Shown here: in pieces, positions 1 through 12,460 of the stretch
Layout of the letters: every line of letters begins with the position of its first letter
Numbering within the stretch: the first letter of the stretch is position 1
Assembly (NCBI RefSeq): GCF_963921235.1
Contig: NC_086097.1
Location: 17,670,001 to 17,734,000, forward strand
Direction of reading: 5' to 3'
From: Mobula hypostoma
Lineage: Eukaryota
Length of the DNA stretch: 64,000 bases
Made by a program: the position numbers and the translations under genes
The notes under the pieces: generated by a model
Told to the model about the DNA's origin: nothing
Database searches by the model: none
Seen by the model: only the letters and a program-made list of their open reading frames with translations

Positions 1-454
1 TGGTTTTATATGATCTTGGTCACTTCGCAACCACATCTTATTCCGCAAGGTGCACTGGTTTCCTCCTGCAGTTCAAAGACATTTATGTCATTAATTCATC
101 ACCTGATCATAAATAGCATGTGCATTTAGATAAAGAAATTTCAAATCTGTCTTTGTAGTTTCATTTTTCTGCTCTGATTCGAATTGGACACATTCTCTAA
201 CACTTGTAAACAGTGGTTCTTCTTGACTTACTGGTCCTTTTGAACTCTTTTCTTTCCCACCGTTCAGTTAAACCGTTATCTGGAGCTGTGGTTACCTGCA
301 GTGACTACTTTCCTAGCTCAATCTAAGTTAAGTCCAACCCACTGGGAAATTTCCATCTGCCAAGTACTGTTGTTGTCTCTCCCACACAATCTCTGAGCCA
401 TCTATTCAGTTCTTTGGTCTCATTGACCCTATCTCAAATCACACTTAGTGCAGC

Positions 455-743
455 TTTTTTTTTATAGATATCCATTTGTCTCATGAGACCATGGATTTGC
501 GCCTTGGAAGGTTTGCAGGGCGCAGGCCTGCGCAAGGTTGTATGGAAGACCAGCAGTTGCCCATGCTGCAAGCCTCCCCTCTCCACGCCACCTATGTTGT
601 CAATTTGGCACCTGTGTCGTCGCAGGGCAATGTGTGGTTAAGTGCCTTGCTCAAGGACACACACGCTGCCTCAGCCAAGGCTAGAACTAGCGACCTTCAA
701 ATCACTGGACGAACGCCTTAACCAGTTGGCCACGTGCCAACAC
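455..743 (-). mobile_element. tRNA-derived SINE
   Basis: Minus strand starts gtgttggcacgtggccaactggttaaggcg (A-box-like), then ctagttctagcc (B-box-like), a SINE core motif ccttgagcaaggcacttaacc, and an A-rich tail (T-run at 455-463). Confidence 0.75.
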
Positions 744-2211
744 AGATTTCTACCTTTCTTGTTCTTTCTAATTTATTTCCTAGTATCTTCTGTTATTCTA
801 TTTGCTGCCTTTGATTGTTCTATGATGTTTATCTCAAGCCACCTTGAACTTTTCTCTCCCATTTCAGTTGATCTCCAGCCCTAATGATGTTTTCTCACCC
901 CTGGTACCAGGCAAGCAATATAATCTTCAGGACAAATGATTACAGATGCAGAGGAACAGTAGTGATTTTCCTTGCCAAACCATCAAGAATTCCTTTCTTC
1001 TCTCTCTAGTTAATTGGTTTCCTACAGCTTCTGTTCTTATCTACACAGACCTTAGAACCTTGTACCTGTAAGATAATTGAAACGATTAGACTTTCGAAAG
1101 CACTACCTTATGAATAACCCTCTGTCTCATATATAGCCATATCTTCTGAATCTCTTGACACTCCATTTCTATAGTACCTGATCTATGATAATTGCTTCTC
1201 AGAGAAAAAAGTGTCTTGGTGACTTTTCCACTCTCTGAATACATAGTCCGATCCAACTTTCAAAGCATAAAAGACCTGAAGTTTCAACAGGACCTACAGC
1301 CACAGACACTGCAGATGTAGTTCCCAGAGAACTCTATGTTTTCTGTAAATTCCATCAGACTTCAGCAGTATATCAGCTACTCAACTATGCCTATCTTAAA
1401 ATATTAATTTAACTTAATCAAATTATTTAACCCTGCCATGATTTCTCTAACTTCACAAAAACACATTTACTCACTAAATTCCATACCCTTTTGGATTCTG
1501 CACTATTCGGACATTCTGCTAAAAAAAAATCAGAATATTCTATTAGTTGATCTCACAGGTCTTTATTCCCCAAATACCCTGACTTCAATCAATCATTAAT
1601 ACTAATCTGCTATTAAGGTATTCGGAAAACTATGAAGTTTCTTGCTTATGTCAATGCAATTTTAAAAAAAAATAAGATAATGGAATTTTAACTGTAAAAC
1701 ATTTGTGGAGAGAGGAATGAAAATATTAATTATGCAAGATTAGAAGGTAGAAGTATAAAGTATAGAACATTAAAACATAGTATGGAACATGAACAGGACC
1801 TTTGTGCAGTCCATAATGTCAATTGAAAATAATCCCATCTGTCTACACATTGTCCGTATCACTCCATTCCCTGCCTGACATATGCTTGTCTGAATGCTTT
1901 TAACTGTAATTGTACTTACTTCCACCACTTCCCCTGGCAGTGTATTCAAGGCACCTATGACTCTATGTTTGCAGGGAAAAAAAATCCTTGCACGTCTCCT
2001 CTAAATGTTCTTCCACTCACTTCATGTTTTGCTTTCTTGTACTTTATATTCCCATCCTGGGAGGAAGGGGTAAAAGAATAACTACCCTTTATTACCCTTA
2101 ATATTGAGCCATAGAAGACCAGAGCACAGAGAGAGGCCTTTCAGCCCATCTTGTCCATGCCAAAATATTATTCTGCCTCGTCCCATCAATCTATAGCTGG
2201 ACAATAAACCA

Positions 2212-2419
2212 CAAACATGAAAAGATCTGCAGATGCTGGAAATCCAAAGGAACACACAGAAAACGATGGAGGAACTCAGCAGGCCAAGCAGCGTCTATGG
2301 AAAAGAGTAAATAGTCGATGTTTCGGGCCGAGACCCTTCTTCGGGACCCGAAGTCTGTTTACTCTTTTCCATAGATGCTGCCTGGCCTGCTGAGCTCCTC
2401 CAGAATTTTGTGTGTGTGT
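2212..2419. repeat. Penelope terminal-repeat palindrome with a degenerate hammerhead (minus strand, 2311-2347)
   Basis: Arms ggaactcagcaggcc..ctatggaaaagagtaaa and tttactcttttccatagatgctgcctggcctgctgag are reverse complements. Same repeat family as the one following the GIY-YIG remnant at 63364. Confidence 0.8.
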
Positions 2420-2907
2420 AGCCCTCTATACCCTTCCATCCATATACTTATCCAATCTTCTCTCAAATGTTGAAATTGAACCTACATCCACTTCTGCTGG
2501 CAGCTCATTCCACACTCACTAGCTTCCGAGTGAAGAAGTTCCCCTTCATTTTCCCTTAAATATTTCACCTTTCACCCTTAACCCATGACCTCAAATTATA
2601 GTTTCTCCCAACCTCAGTAGAAAAAGGCTGCTTGCATTTATCCTGTCTATACCTTTCATAATTTTTTACCTCTATCAAATCCCTCCTCATTCTCTTGCGC
2701 TTCAGGGAATAACATCCTAACTTATTCAGCTTTTCCCTATAATTCAGGTCATCAAGTCCTGGCAACATCCTTATAAATGTTCTCTGTACTCTTTAGATGT
2801 TATTGATATCTTTCCTGTAGGTTGGTGACCAGAAATACATCAAACAAACCTCATTAACATCTTGTACAACTTCAACATAATATCTCTACTTCTGTACACA
2901 ATACTTA

Positions 2908-3782
2908 GGCTACGTCCAGACTAGACCGGGTAAATCCGTAACCAAAGCTTTTTCTCTTCGTTTTGACCCTCCGTCCACACTGAAACGGTGTTATCCTCCC
3001 CTGAAAATGGAACTTTTCTGAAACACTCTCCAGAGTGTTTAAGTCTGAAAACGCCAGTTGGCCGTTGTAGTGTGTAGGGGGTAACCAGCTAATTTTAAAA
3101 AAACGCTGTCATGACGTGCTGGAACAAATGGTGGCGGCAGCATGGTATTTCATTGTTTTCTTGAACGCAACCTCCAACACCACAACAACGACAACAATAT
3201 CTGACAATAGATGTGTAACAGCCTAATGTAACATTGTATGGAAATAGAAGATAACACTGATGCTGATATGTTTTATACATTTAACAAGGTGCTTTATTAA
3301 TGTATTGCTTGTGCAAACATTCAATAGATGCAATTGTCACTTTTGCCCAGTAACTCGTTTTATTGCACATGTTAAATACAGCAAAATAATACACAAAGTC
3401 TTGGCAAAAGTAAAGGCAAACAAATGAAGTAACAGCAAATTTCACTTTTGCCCAGTAACAAGCCTTATTGCATTTAGTTGTAGCTGTTGTCCCTTTCATC
3501 GGTGAAGGGACTATGGCTATAGGAAATGTTTCTGGACAAACGTGCACCAAGTCTTTCGTTTGGCAATTTCCTTTTAAGTTTTTCTAGTCTGTAACTGGAC
3601 AAACGTGCACCAAGTATACCATTTCCTCTTCACTGTTTTTCTGTGTGTCCTGCGCATGCCCAGTAGGAGGAAATTCACCCAAATACCTGTTTTAATGTGG
3701 ACGGAGGTATTTTCAAAAACTCCTGGTGTGGACGCCTATCGTTTGTGTTTTTAAAATTGTCTGGTCTAATGTGGACGTAGCC
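2908..3782. mobile_element. Non-autonomous PIF/Harbinger-type DNA transposon (875 bp)
   Basis: TIRs ggctacgtccagactagacc and ggtctaatgtggacgtagcc. TTA target duplication at 2905-2907 and 3783-3785. It splits a CR1 fragment that is continuous across it. Confidence 0.88.
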
Positions 3783-5161
3783 TTAGATTTTTGAAGGCCA
3801 ATGTGCCAAAAGCTCTCTTTATGAGATCACATTCAAAGAATTATGGCTCTGTACTCCCAGATCTCTCTGTTCTACCACACTCCTCAGTGCCCTAAATATG
3901 TGCTGCGTCAGTTCTACCCTGGTTTCTCCTACCAAAATATAACACTTGTCTGTATTAAATTCCAGTCTGCCATTTTTAGCCCATTTTCTAGCTAGTTCAA
4001 ATCTTGCTGCAACCTTTCTTGCTGTCCACCAAATCTTAAATCTTGGTGTTACCTGTGAATTTACATATCTGGTTTACCACATTATCTTCCAGATCATTTA
4101 TATAGATGATGAACAACAATGGACTCAGCACTGATCAGCTTTTGACAGTGCAGATCCAAGTTTGTCTGACCTCTCCTGATAGCTAATACACTCCAATCCA
4201 AGCAAAATCCTGGCGAACCTTTAATGTACCCTCTCCAGAGCCTCTGTATCTGTGCTATAATGTGGTAATCTGATCTGCACATAATTTCCCAAATGTTATC
4301 TCACCAAAGTTTTGTATATTTGCAATGACTTCCCAACTCTTTTACATGATGCCCACTGATGAATTCAAAAATTCCATTCACCTTCTTTACCACTCTATCT
4401 ACTTGTGTTGCCACTTTTAGAGAACTGTGATCTTGTACCCAAAAATTCTTCTGTATATCAATGCTTCTAAGGGTCCTTTAGTTTATTGTATATGTTCCTT
4501 TTGCATTTGACCTCCTAAAGTCCAACATCTCATACTTGTCTGGATTAATCTCCATCTGCCATTTCTCTGCCATATTTCCAATTGATCTATATCCTCCAGT
4601 TTCCTTTGATAATCTTCTTTAGTATCACATTTCTGTCACATTTTGTGTCACCTGCTAACTTGCTAATCAGGCCACTTACACTTTAGTACATATCACTTAA
4701 AAAACCTCAAACAACAGAGGCTCCATTTCTGATCCCTGCAGAACACCATTGGTCTCATACCTTCGGTCAGAATAACATCTGGGCTAAATGGTGTATTTCT
4801 ATTTCCCTTGTTCCTTAATTGCATAAAACCTATGAAAGTGAACAATTGATTTCAGTGAGCCTAGGTTTCCCAAACTATCATTATCATTTTCTACTTTTAC
4901 ATTCAGTGATTAAGTGCAGAATTTGCATTTGCTGGGTTCACAAAGTTTGCGTAAATTTAATCTGGAGCTGGCTTTTTAGTTACTAGAAATGTTATATTTT
5001 CTCATGTTTCCATTATCAATTGTGCATCTGCTTCTCTGATCAATAGCCATTAAACATGATAAAAATATTGAAACTATTAATCATGAAGAGAAAGAAAGCT
5101 AATCCCCTTAATGCATAACATAAAATCATGTGAATTCTGTTTTTTTTTCTTTTTATTGTAG

Positions 5162-5264
5162 TGTGGAAAACCACTTCCAGGTCTCACAAGGCAGGATGAT
5201 TGTTGTGGGAGTGTAGGATTATCATGGGGTTACCATAAGTGTACAAAATGTCCTCCAAAACCAG
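5162..5264 (+). CDS. LTBP2: LTBP2 internal exon A (hybrid domain): [34 protein letters not shown]
   Basis: Polypyrimidine tract plus AG (5160-5161) and donor CAG|gtaagc. 103 nt, phase 0 to 1. Cysteine pattern of the LTBP hybrid domain. Splices in frame to exon B. Not in the ORF track. Confidence 0.93.
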
Positions 5265-5449
5265 GTAAGCCATCAAAATTTATAACTTGAATGTTAGTAT
5301 AGCAGAAGTTACTCAATGTTAAATCATATTGACAAGAACATATCTAGACTGAATGCTATTGTAATTTAACCCAATTTACTCAGATTGACTAGGTATCTTT
5401 TAAAGAGAATTCAGTAATCAATAGCTTATCCTTTTTCATCCATGCTCAT

Positions 5450-6225
5450 GAGCAATTTCTAAAATAGTGTGGTCAAACCAAAGTTTTATCAGAGCTGCAA
5501 CGTTAACATGTCAATCCCCAACTAATATAGTCACCATACACCGGAATCATCTTATCAATTTTCACTGAATTTAAGGGATATGTAGATGTTAAACGTAATA
5601 AACCGTTATTCCTCCATACTGTTAAGAACCTATCAATAACTCTGTATTCCTCCTTCAAGTTCAACCTTCCAAAGTGAACCACTTCACACTTTTCCAAATT
5701 GAACTCTACCTGCCACTTCTCAACCCAGCTCTGCCTGCTATCACTGTCCTGTTGTAACCTATGACAGCCTTCTACACTATCCACAGCACCACCAAACTTT
5801 GTATCATCTGCAAGCTTACTAATCCACCCTTCCACTTTCTCATCCAAGTCATTTATAAAAATCACAAAGAGCAGGAGTTTCAAAATAAGTATTCTGCAGA
5901 ATGTCAGTGGTCACCGACCTCCCAAAGAATACGTCTGTCTACCATCACCCTCTGCTTTCAGTGGGAAAGCCAATTCGGAATTCAGACATCCAGCTTTCCC
6001 TTTATCCCATACCTCCTGACTTGCTGAATGAACCTATCATGGAGAACCTTGTCAAATGCCTTACTAAAATCCATATACATCACATCTATTACTCTGCCTT
6101 CATCAAAGTATTTTGTCACTTCCTCAAAAAATGTTATCAGGCTTATGAAGCATGTCCTGCCCATCAGAAAATCATGTTGACTATCCCTAATCAGACTATG
6201 CTTCTCCTAATGCTTGTAAATCAGT
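5450..6225 (-). mobile_element. CR1 reverse transcriptase fragment
   Basis: Peptides [13 protein letters not shown] and FINDLDEKVEGWISKLADDTK. Confidence 0.9.
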
Positions 6226-6851
6226 GTACTTCATTTTCCTCCTTTGATATTTCAGATCTGGGTACAGATAGATAGGACTTAGGTGTATGATCATGTTGGC
6301 ATGGACAGGAGCCCGTTTCTGTGTTGTAGTACTGTTTGACTCTATGGATGAATTAAAAAATAAAGTTTTCTTTTACTTAGACTTTGATTACCTTATCTAC
6401 CAGTATAGACTAGAATTTATGTTAGTTACCTAATTACTCAAATATTTAGTATGAATAAAGAAACTGTTAAAAATCTACAGTAATATAAGAGACGAAACCC
6501 CGTTACACTTGTATCTTTCCACATTGTAAAAGATAAAATGAGAAATCCTTGTGTCTAGCTGGCTCAAATAAGGGCATTCATATGAATCCAATTTACCCAT
6601 AATTTTCATACCTATCTTTTTTTTGGAAAATTTCTAAGGCCTTTTCCTTTACCAACTGTTAACAGCATTCTTCACATCCCCCTTGCATCATTGTCCAGGA
6701 ATTTAACTTTGAGCAACCCAATATTCCTCAACTACCTCTCCCCACCCCCCAACTATTCTTGCATTGTCTGATGGTGGGAACAATTTTTTTCCGATTTATT
6801 TGGTATAAAATGGTTTTGTTTATGCCGATCAAATATACTTTTAACCTTAAC

Positions 6852-6996
6852 ATGAGAAAATCTGCAGATGCTGGAAATCCAAATCAACACACAAAATGCT
6901 CGAGCAACTCAGCAGGCCAGGCAGCATCTATGGAAAACAGTAAACAATGGATGTTTTGGGCCAGGCCTGCTGAGTTCCTCTAGCGTTTTGTGTGTG
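6852..6996. repeat. Collapsed Penelope terminal-repeat palindrome
   Basis: cacacaaaatgct..aactcagcaggcc mirrored by ggcctgctgagtt..agcgttttgtgtg. The hammerhead core is deleted. Confidence 0.75.
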
Positions 6997-7004
6997 ATCT
7001 TTTT

Positions 7005-8580
7005 AACATAAGAACATAAGAAATAGAAGCAGGAGTAGGCCATCTGGCCCATCAAGCTTGCTCGGCCATTCAATAAGATCATGGTTGATCTGATCATGGA
7101 CTCATCTCCACCTACCTGTCTTTTTGCTATAACCCTTAATTCCCCTACTATGCAAAAGTCTATCCAACGTTGTCTTAAATATATTTACTGAGGTAGCCTC
7201 CACAGCTTCATTGGACAGAGAATTCCACAGTTTCATCACTCTTTGGGAAAAGCAATTTCTCCTCATCTCCATCTGAAGTTTACTCCCTCGAATCTTGAGG
7301 CCTTGTCCCCTAGATCTAGTCTCACCTGCCAGTGGAAACAACTTTCATGCCTCTATCTTACCCATCTCTTTCATAATTGTATATGTTTCTGTAAGATCTC
7401 CTCTTATCCTTCTGAATTCCAATGAGTACAGTCCCAGGCTCAATCTCTCCTCATAGTCTAACCCCTTCATCTCTGAAATTAACCTGGTGAACCTCCACTG
7501 CACTGCCTCCAAAGCTTTCTCAAATAAGCAGACTAGAATTACACGTAGTACTCCAGATGGGGCCTCACCAGTATCCTATAGTTGCAGTACAACCTCCCTG
7601 CTCTTAAATTAAATTCCTCTAGCAATGAAGGCCAACATTCCAATTGCCTTCTTGATAGCCTGCAGCACCTGCAAACCCACCTTTTGTGATTCATGCACAA
7701 ACACTCCCAACTCCTTCTGCACAGCAGCATGTACAATTTTTTTACCATTGAACTGATAACCTGCTCTTTCATTTTTTCCTTCCAAAGTGGATGACCTCAC
7801 ATTTACCAACATGGTACTCCATCTGCCAGACCCTTGCCCACTCACTTAACCTATCTATATCTCTCTGCAGACTGTCCGTATCCTCTCCACAATTTGCTTT
7901 TTCACTCAATTTAGTGTCATCAGCAAACTTAGATACACTACACTCAGTCCCCTCTTCCAGATTGTTAACGTATACCGTGAACAGTTGAGGGCCCAGCACC
8001 AACCCCTGCAGTACACCACTCACCACTAATTGCCAACCAGAGATATATCCTAACTCTCTGCTTTCTGTTGGTTAACCAATCCTCTATGCATGCTAATGCA
8101 TCACCCCCAATTCTATGCATCCCTGTATTATGGATACGTCTTTTATGTGGCACCTTATCGAATGCCTTCTGGAAATCAAAGTAAATAACGTCCATCCATT
8201 CCCCTCTATTCAATGCGCTTGTGTATTCTCAAAGAACTCCAGTAAGTTTATCAAACTAGGACGTGCCTTTGCCGAATCCATGCTGCATCTGCCTGATGGA
8301 TCCATTTCTTTCCAGATGCCTGACTATTTCTTCTTTAATGATAGCTTCAAGCATTTTCCCAACTACAGAGGTTAAACTAACTGGCCTATAGTTACCTGCC
8401 TTTTGCTTGCATCCTTTCTTGAACAGTGGCATGACATTTGCTGTCTTCCAATCTGTCTGGACCTGCCCAGGATCCAGAGGATTTTGGTAGATTATCGCCA
8501 AAGCCTCTACTATAACTTCTGCCATTTCTTTCATTATGCTGGGATACATTCCATCAGGACCAGGGGACTTGTCTAACCTT
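7005..8580 (-). mobile_element. 5'-truncated CR1 LINE (RT to 3' tail)
   Basis: Peptides [41 protein letters not shown]. Tail (aacataag)n at about 7005-7022. Confidence 0.93.
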
Positions 8581-8908
8581 CTTTGCTCCAAATTTAAAAA
8601 AAAACTATTTTGTTCAGAACAAAATTGTATTCTGAACTGTTTCTGCAGTCTTTGTATCTTTCCATCAGTGTGTTAACTGAATTGGATGCAACACTCATGT
8701 GGTGGTCCAACTAACATTTCAACATTTCAAACAGATGAACATAACTTCCTGACTTCACTAACCAATCAAAGTTTCCTATTTTCTTACTTGTCATACTCTC
8801 AATTTGCCCTGTCAGTTTCAAACTTTCGAATTCATATTTACCCATCTCCCTATGTTTCCACCTCTACCTTGTCTACAATGTGAAACTAACTGGTTTATCT
8901 CTGTTTCC

Positions 8909-8947
8909 CAGTTCTGATGAAGCATCTTTGACTGGAAATGTTAACTG
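8909..8947 (+). ncRNA. Degenerate minimal hammerhead motif in an older Penelope repeat
   Basis: CAGTT-CTGATGA-A-(decayed stem II)-GAAA-TGTT-AACTG, with a perfect 5-bp stem I. Confidence 0.5.
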
Positions 8948-9859
8948 TGTCTCCCTTCACAATGCTGCTATTTTCAGCATTTTCTGTTTTTCTTTCAGAT
9001 TTCCAACCTCTGTAGTTGTTTTTCTTTTATTTCTCTATGTTCAGTACTTGGCATTGGTAAAACAATAAAAATGCAGTTGAAGGCAGGGAGAAGGACAGCA
9101 GGAAGCTGCATGCCTTGAACTCAAGGCTGGGAAGAGGTTCAGAGATGGAGGTCAGTAATGTGGGTAGGTATGCATCTGGAAAATGATAGGTGTGTCTGAG
9201 TAGAACCAGGGATTATCATGTGCATAGCTGTGTAATGGAGCTTAGGGCTAAGAATATTGTTTGGGTGGGTTATGGGCATTATTGGAACCATAGTTAAGAA
9301 CGTGGCTAGATGTGAAGCAGAAGATGGGACCAGGAACAAGTGTTAAGTGTAAGGCCAAAGTTGGGATTTGGATCACTGGCAGGCATGTACAGTAGCTAGC
9401 ACTTGAGTCCAGTAACTGGCTGGCTGCGTTTAGGAGGTGGAGAGCAGAGCATGGCCAGGAATGTTGGTGACAGGAGTGGGCATAATTTTTAGAAGATATT
9501 TGGAATTTTACCTTTAATTCAACAATGTGCGAGGGTCAATTACTGTAGAGTACTAAAATTAATCATACTGTTAATATTTTTTAAATATTTTAAGCATTGA
9601 GAAATATCTGCCTTCTGGATTGTTAAATATTTTCTGCAATTGAACCTTTAGGGACAATTCTAACCAAAAGATACCTTGCTGTTGGCGACCACATGGATTT
9701 GTTACACTTGCATGATGTGTGCTCAGTTCCAATAGTTGAAGATATATAATCGATCCTTTATTAGTAATTAGCAAATTTACAACCTTGAAGCAATTAAACT
9801 TAAGCATACCCTAAGGTAATTAAGCATAATTGAGTGGTCAGCAAAAGATATGACATCTG

Positions 9860-11991
9860 TCGGTCCCCAGTTACAAATTGCCACAAACAAAGCCCAAGTA
9901 CATAACTTATTCCCTTCTCTTTTTCCATGTTGCCCAGTCATGTAACTAGTTACCATAATAAATATGCAGAACAGAATATAATGTAGATAGAAAACAAATG
10001 CATGGCTTTCACATTCCAGCCCCTAATTATTATACTGTGATAATTATGGCTACATGCTACCAAGGCACAGGAGACATGAAATTTCAAGATTTACACAAAT
10101 GTCCTTTTTCTGGTAGGCAGACTGTCCTGGATTGTGCTCTTCACCTTACAAGCCAGGTTGTTCCTCTTGACTACATTCATGAAAATCTATCTTGAATTGC
10201 TGATACCTAAGCTCATCCAAGTGCAAAGCTGAAGTCCCATTAACTGTTATCTCCGGCCAGTCATAGTCTTCCACCGTTATGGTCTCCTTTTAATGGTCCT
10301 TTAACATCCAACGTAACATTGTTTTGATTGCATAGGGTCCATCATTAACACTGCAAATCACTTGCAGCGGCTCCAATGCCTTAGGCACACTCACCCCTAT
10401 CAACAGCTCAATTTCTGGCAAATGTATATGATTGGACATAGCATCAAAGGTTATGGGGAGAAGGTCGAGAATTGGGTTTGAGGAGAAGAAGAAAGGATCA
10501 GCTATGATTGAATGGCAGAGCAGACTCGATGGGCCAGATGGCCTAATTCTGCATCTATATCTTATGGTCTTCATATGAGACCATTCTTGAAGATCTTTCT
10601 GATGAGGAATGTTCCTCTTGTGGACAGGCATATATCCCTGTGTGTAGATGTTAGTAGATGTTAGGCAGTTCACAATAGTTTCACAATAATTCTCTAAGCC
10701 AGCCACTCCCAATCCTGAAGCAATGTAGCTACTCACAACCTTCTCTTAACCCATGGTGCATAAGAGAATGTGTGTTCTTTTTCCTATCAGGCTGAGCTTA
10801 TTCATGATGCTCTCTGTGCAGAACACAGCAGTATTTCTTTGATCGAAGAAAGCATAAGTAACCACTATCTTGTAACCCTTCTTAGACTTCATCTGAAATT
10901 ATAGGAATTTACAGTCATGATCACCAGCCCCTGTAAGGCCATTTGGTACCTGGGCATAACTCACTGCTGTGCTTGATTCATTCATGGCTTGTTTTGAAAC
11001 TACACTTTTTTCGTCAGAGTGAATATGAAGTATGCTGGGATCCTTGCCACTGCATACTTTGCATAAAAGATGCTTTTGCAATCCTTACTGAAGTGTCTCA
11101 TACACAAACAACCAAAGCAGACACCATTTTCTTTTAGGAAAACTTTTTTCACCAATTTAGAGCACAAATCCAAGGTATGTTCACCCTTGTAGAACAGGCA
11201 AACATGATCTTAGTTCCGGACTCAGTTTTAGTTTTTCACAGTAGCTACAGTAGTGGCTTAGCTGCTTCCTTTAATCTTGGAATAAATTTGTGATTAACTT
11301 TTGATCACAGCTTTGCTTATTGCTGGTGGCTTAGTATCGTATACGTTCCCAAACACTGGGTGTGTAGCAATCTTTCAATAAAATCAACAATGCCAGTGAA
11401 AGTAACCTTACAGTTGTACCTTTCTTGCATTTTATCTGTCACTGATCTTCATTTTTCCCAAATTTATCAGGCAATTTATTTACGACAACTCTCATTAGCA
11501 GGCATGTCCTGCATGTCTTCCATGGCATTGCAACAGCCTCTTTTAAAAAAAAAAGGCTGTGTTCTTGAACAGCTTTCACATCATCTGATTTGATATGTGG
11601 CCAAAGAAGAGCCTCTTCCATGTAGGCCATTGCAATTTTACGTTCATCCACCAAAATGTTCCTGTAGTAAAGCTTTGGCCCTTAGATATCCTTCCTCTGG
11701 GCTGGCTCACTGGCAACTTTTGACAAGCTCTCTAGGGTAACCTCCATTGAACTGACAGAGAAAATAGAGACGGTCACCGTAATTATCTGTATTACCTTCA
11801 ATGCTATTCTTGAAAGCCCTCATATATAAATGATACGGCAATGGAAATAAACACAAACAAAGCACGGATATGTAACTTGTTCCCTTCACTTTTATCATGC
11901 CCCCACTCATATGACTGGTTATCATAGTAAGCATAATAAACGTGCAATACAGAATACAATGCAGATAGAAAATAGATGCATGGCTCCAACA
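9860..11991 (-). mobile_element. Decayed, internally deleted BEL/Pao LTR retrotransposon (LTR-gag-protease-PPT-LTR). Left boundary approximate.
   Basis: Gag remnants YMRAFKNSIEGNTDNYGDRLYFL and a Cys/His knuckle (CKVCSGKDPSILH). Post-protease motif IELLIG..PKALEP..GPYAIKTMLRW. Two LTR-like direct repeats (9882-10013, 11852-11991) both start TGT on minus. PPT-like taattaggggctggaa precedes the 3' copy. Confidence 0.8.
10434..10571 (+). mobile_element. 138-bp CR1 3'-end insertion inside the BEL element
   Basis: Resembles CR1 3' UTRs elsewhere in the window (e.g. 31180-31317). Removing it rejoins EWSHM|NHIHLPEIE. Confidence 0.85.
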
Positions 11992-12150
11992 AAACCTTTG
12001 TAATAATCACCATTGAGGCTCTCCTCTATTTGTGAAGTCAAAATTGACTTGTTGGTGTTTGATATGGACTATTACTATATACTGTATGATGTTGGCAACA
12101 AAGTTGTATTTATGCTTGGTTGTTTAACATTCAGTCCTTGATGACTATTC

Positions 12151-12460
12151 GAAGAAAGTCTGAGAATCGGAGCGGGAGTGCGGAGGAAGCCATTTTTGAA
12201 TTTTTCGGGTTTTTTTTCCATTGGCGTTCAGAGAGGCGGGACTGCGCAGGCGTGTGACGTTGGGCAATGAACCGCAGAAGATTTAAAAGGACAGAAATCC
12301 TGCTTCGGGTTTAATTCGTGGAAAGAAGTCTGAGAATCATAGCAGGAGTGCGGAGGAAGCCATTTTTGAATTTTTCGGTTTTTTTTCCATCGGCGTTCAA
12401 AGAGGCAGAACTGCGCAGGCGTGTGACGTCGGGCAGTGAAGCGCGGAAGATTTAAAAGGA
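12151..12460 (+). promoter_or_regulatory. Tandem 170-bp-period duplication in the CpG-rich CR1 5' UTR (putative internal promoter)
   Basis: 12151-12290 repeats at 12321-12460. Each copy carries tgcgcaggcg (NRF1-like) and tgacgt (CRE-like). Confidence 0.55.

Larger units (their letters stand above)
1770..4780 (-). mobile_element. Cluster of decayed CR1 LINE 3' fragments, interrupted by a Penelope palindrome and a MITE
   Basis: Minus-strand peptide MLPGLDDLNYREKLNKLGCYSLKRKRMRRDLIEV (CR1 ORF2 C-terminus) and (tagaac)-type tail repeats. Confidence 0.8.

Noticed and set aside
670..743. Functional tRNA gene
   Set aside because: The tRNA-like head runs into a SINE core and A-tail, and the B box is degenerate.
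9070..9490. Purine-rich block as an exon or a defined element
   Set aside because: It has no recognisable domain or splice-consistent frame; probably an old repeat that I cannot assign.
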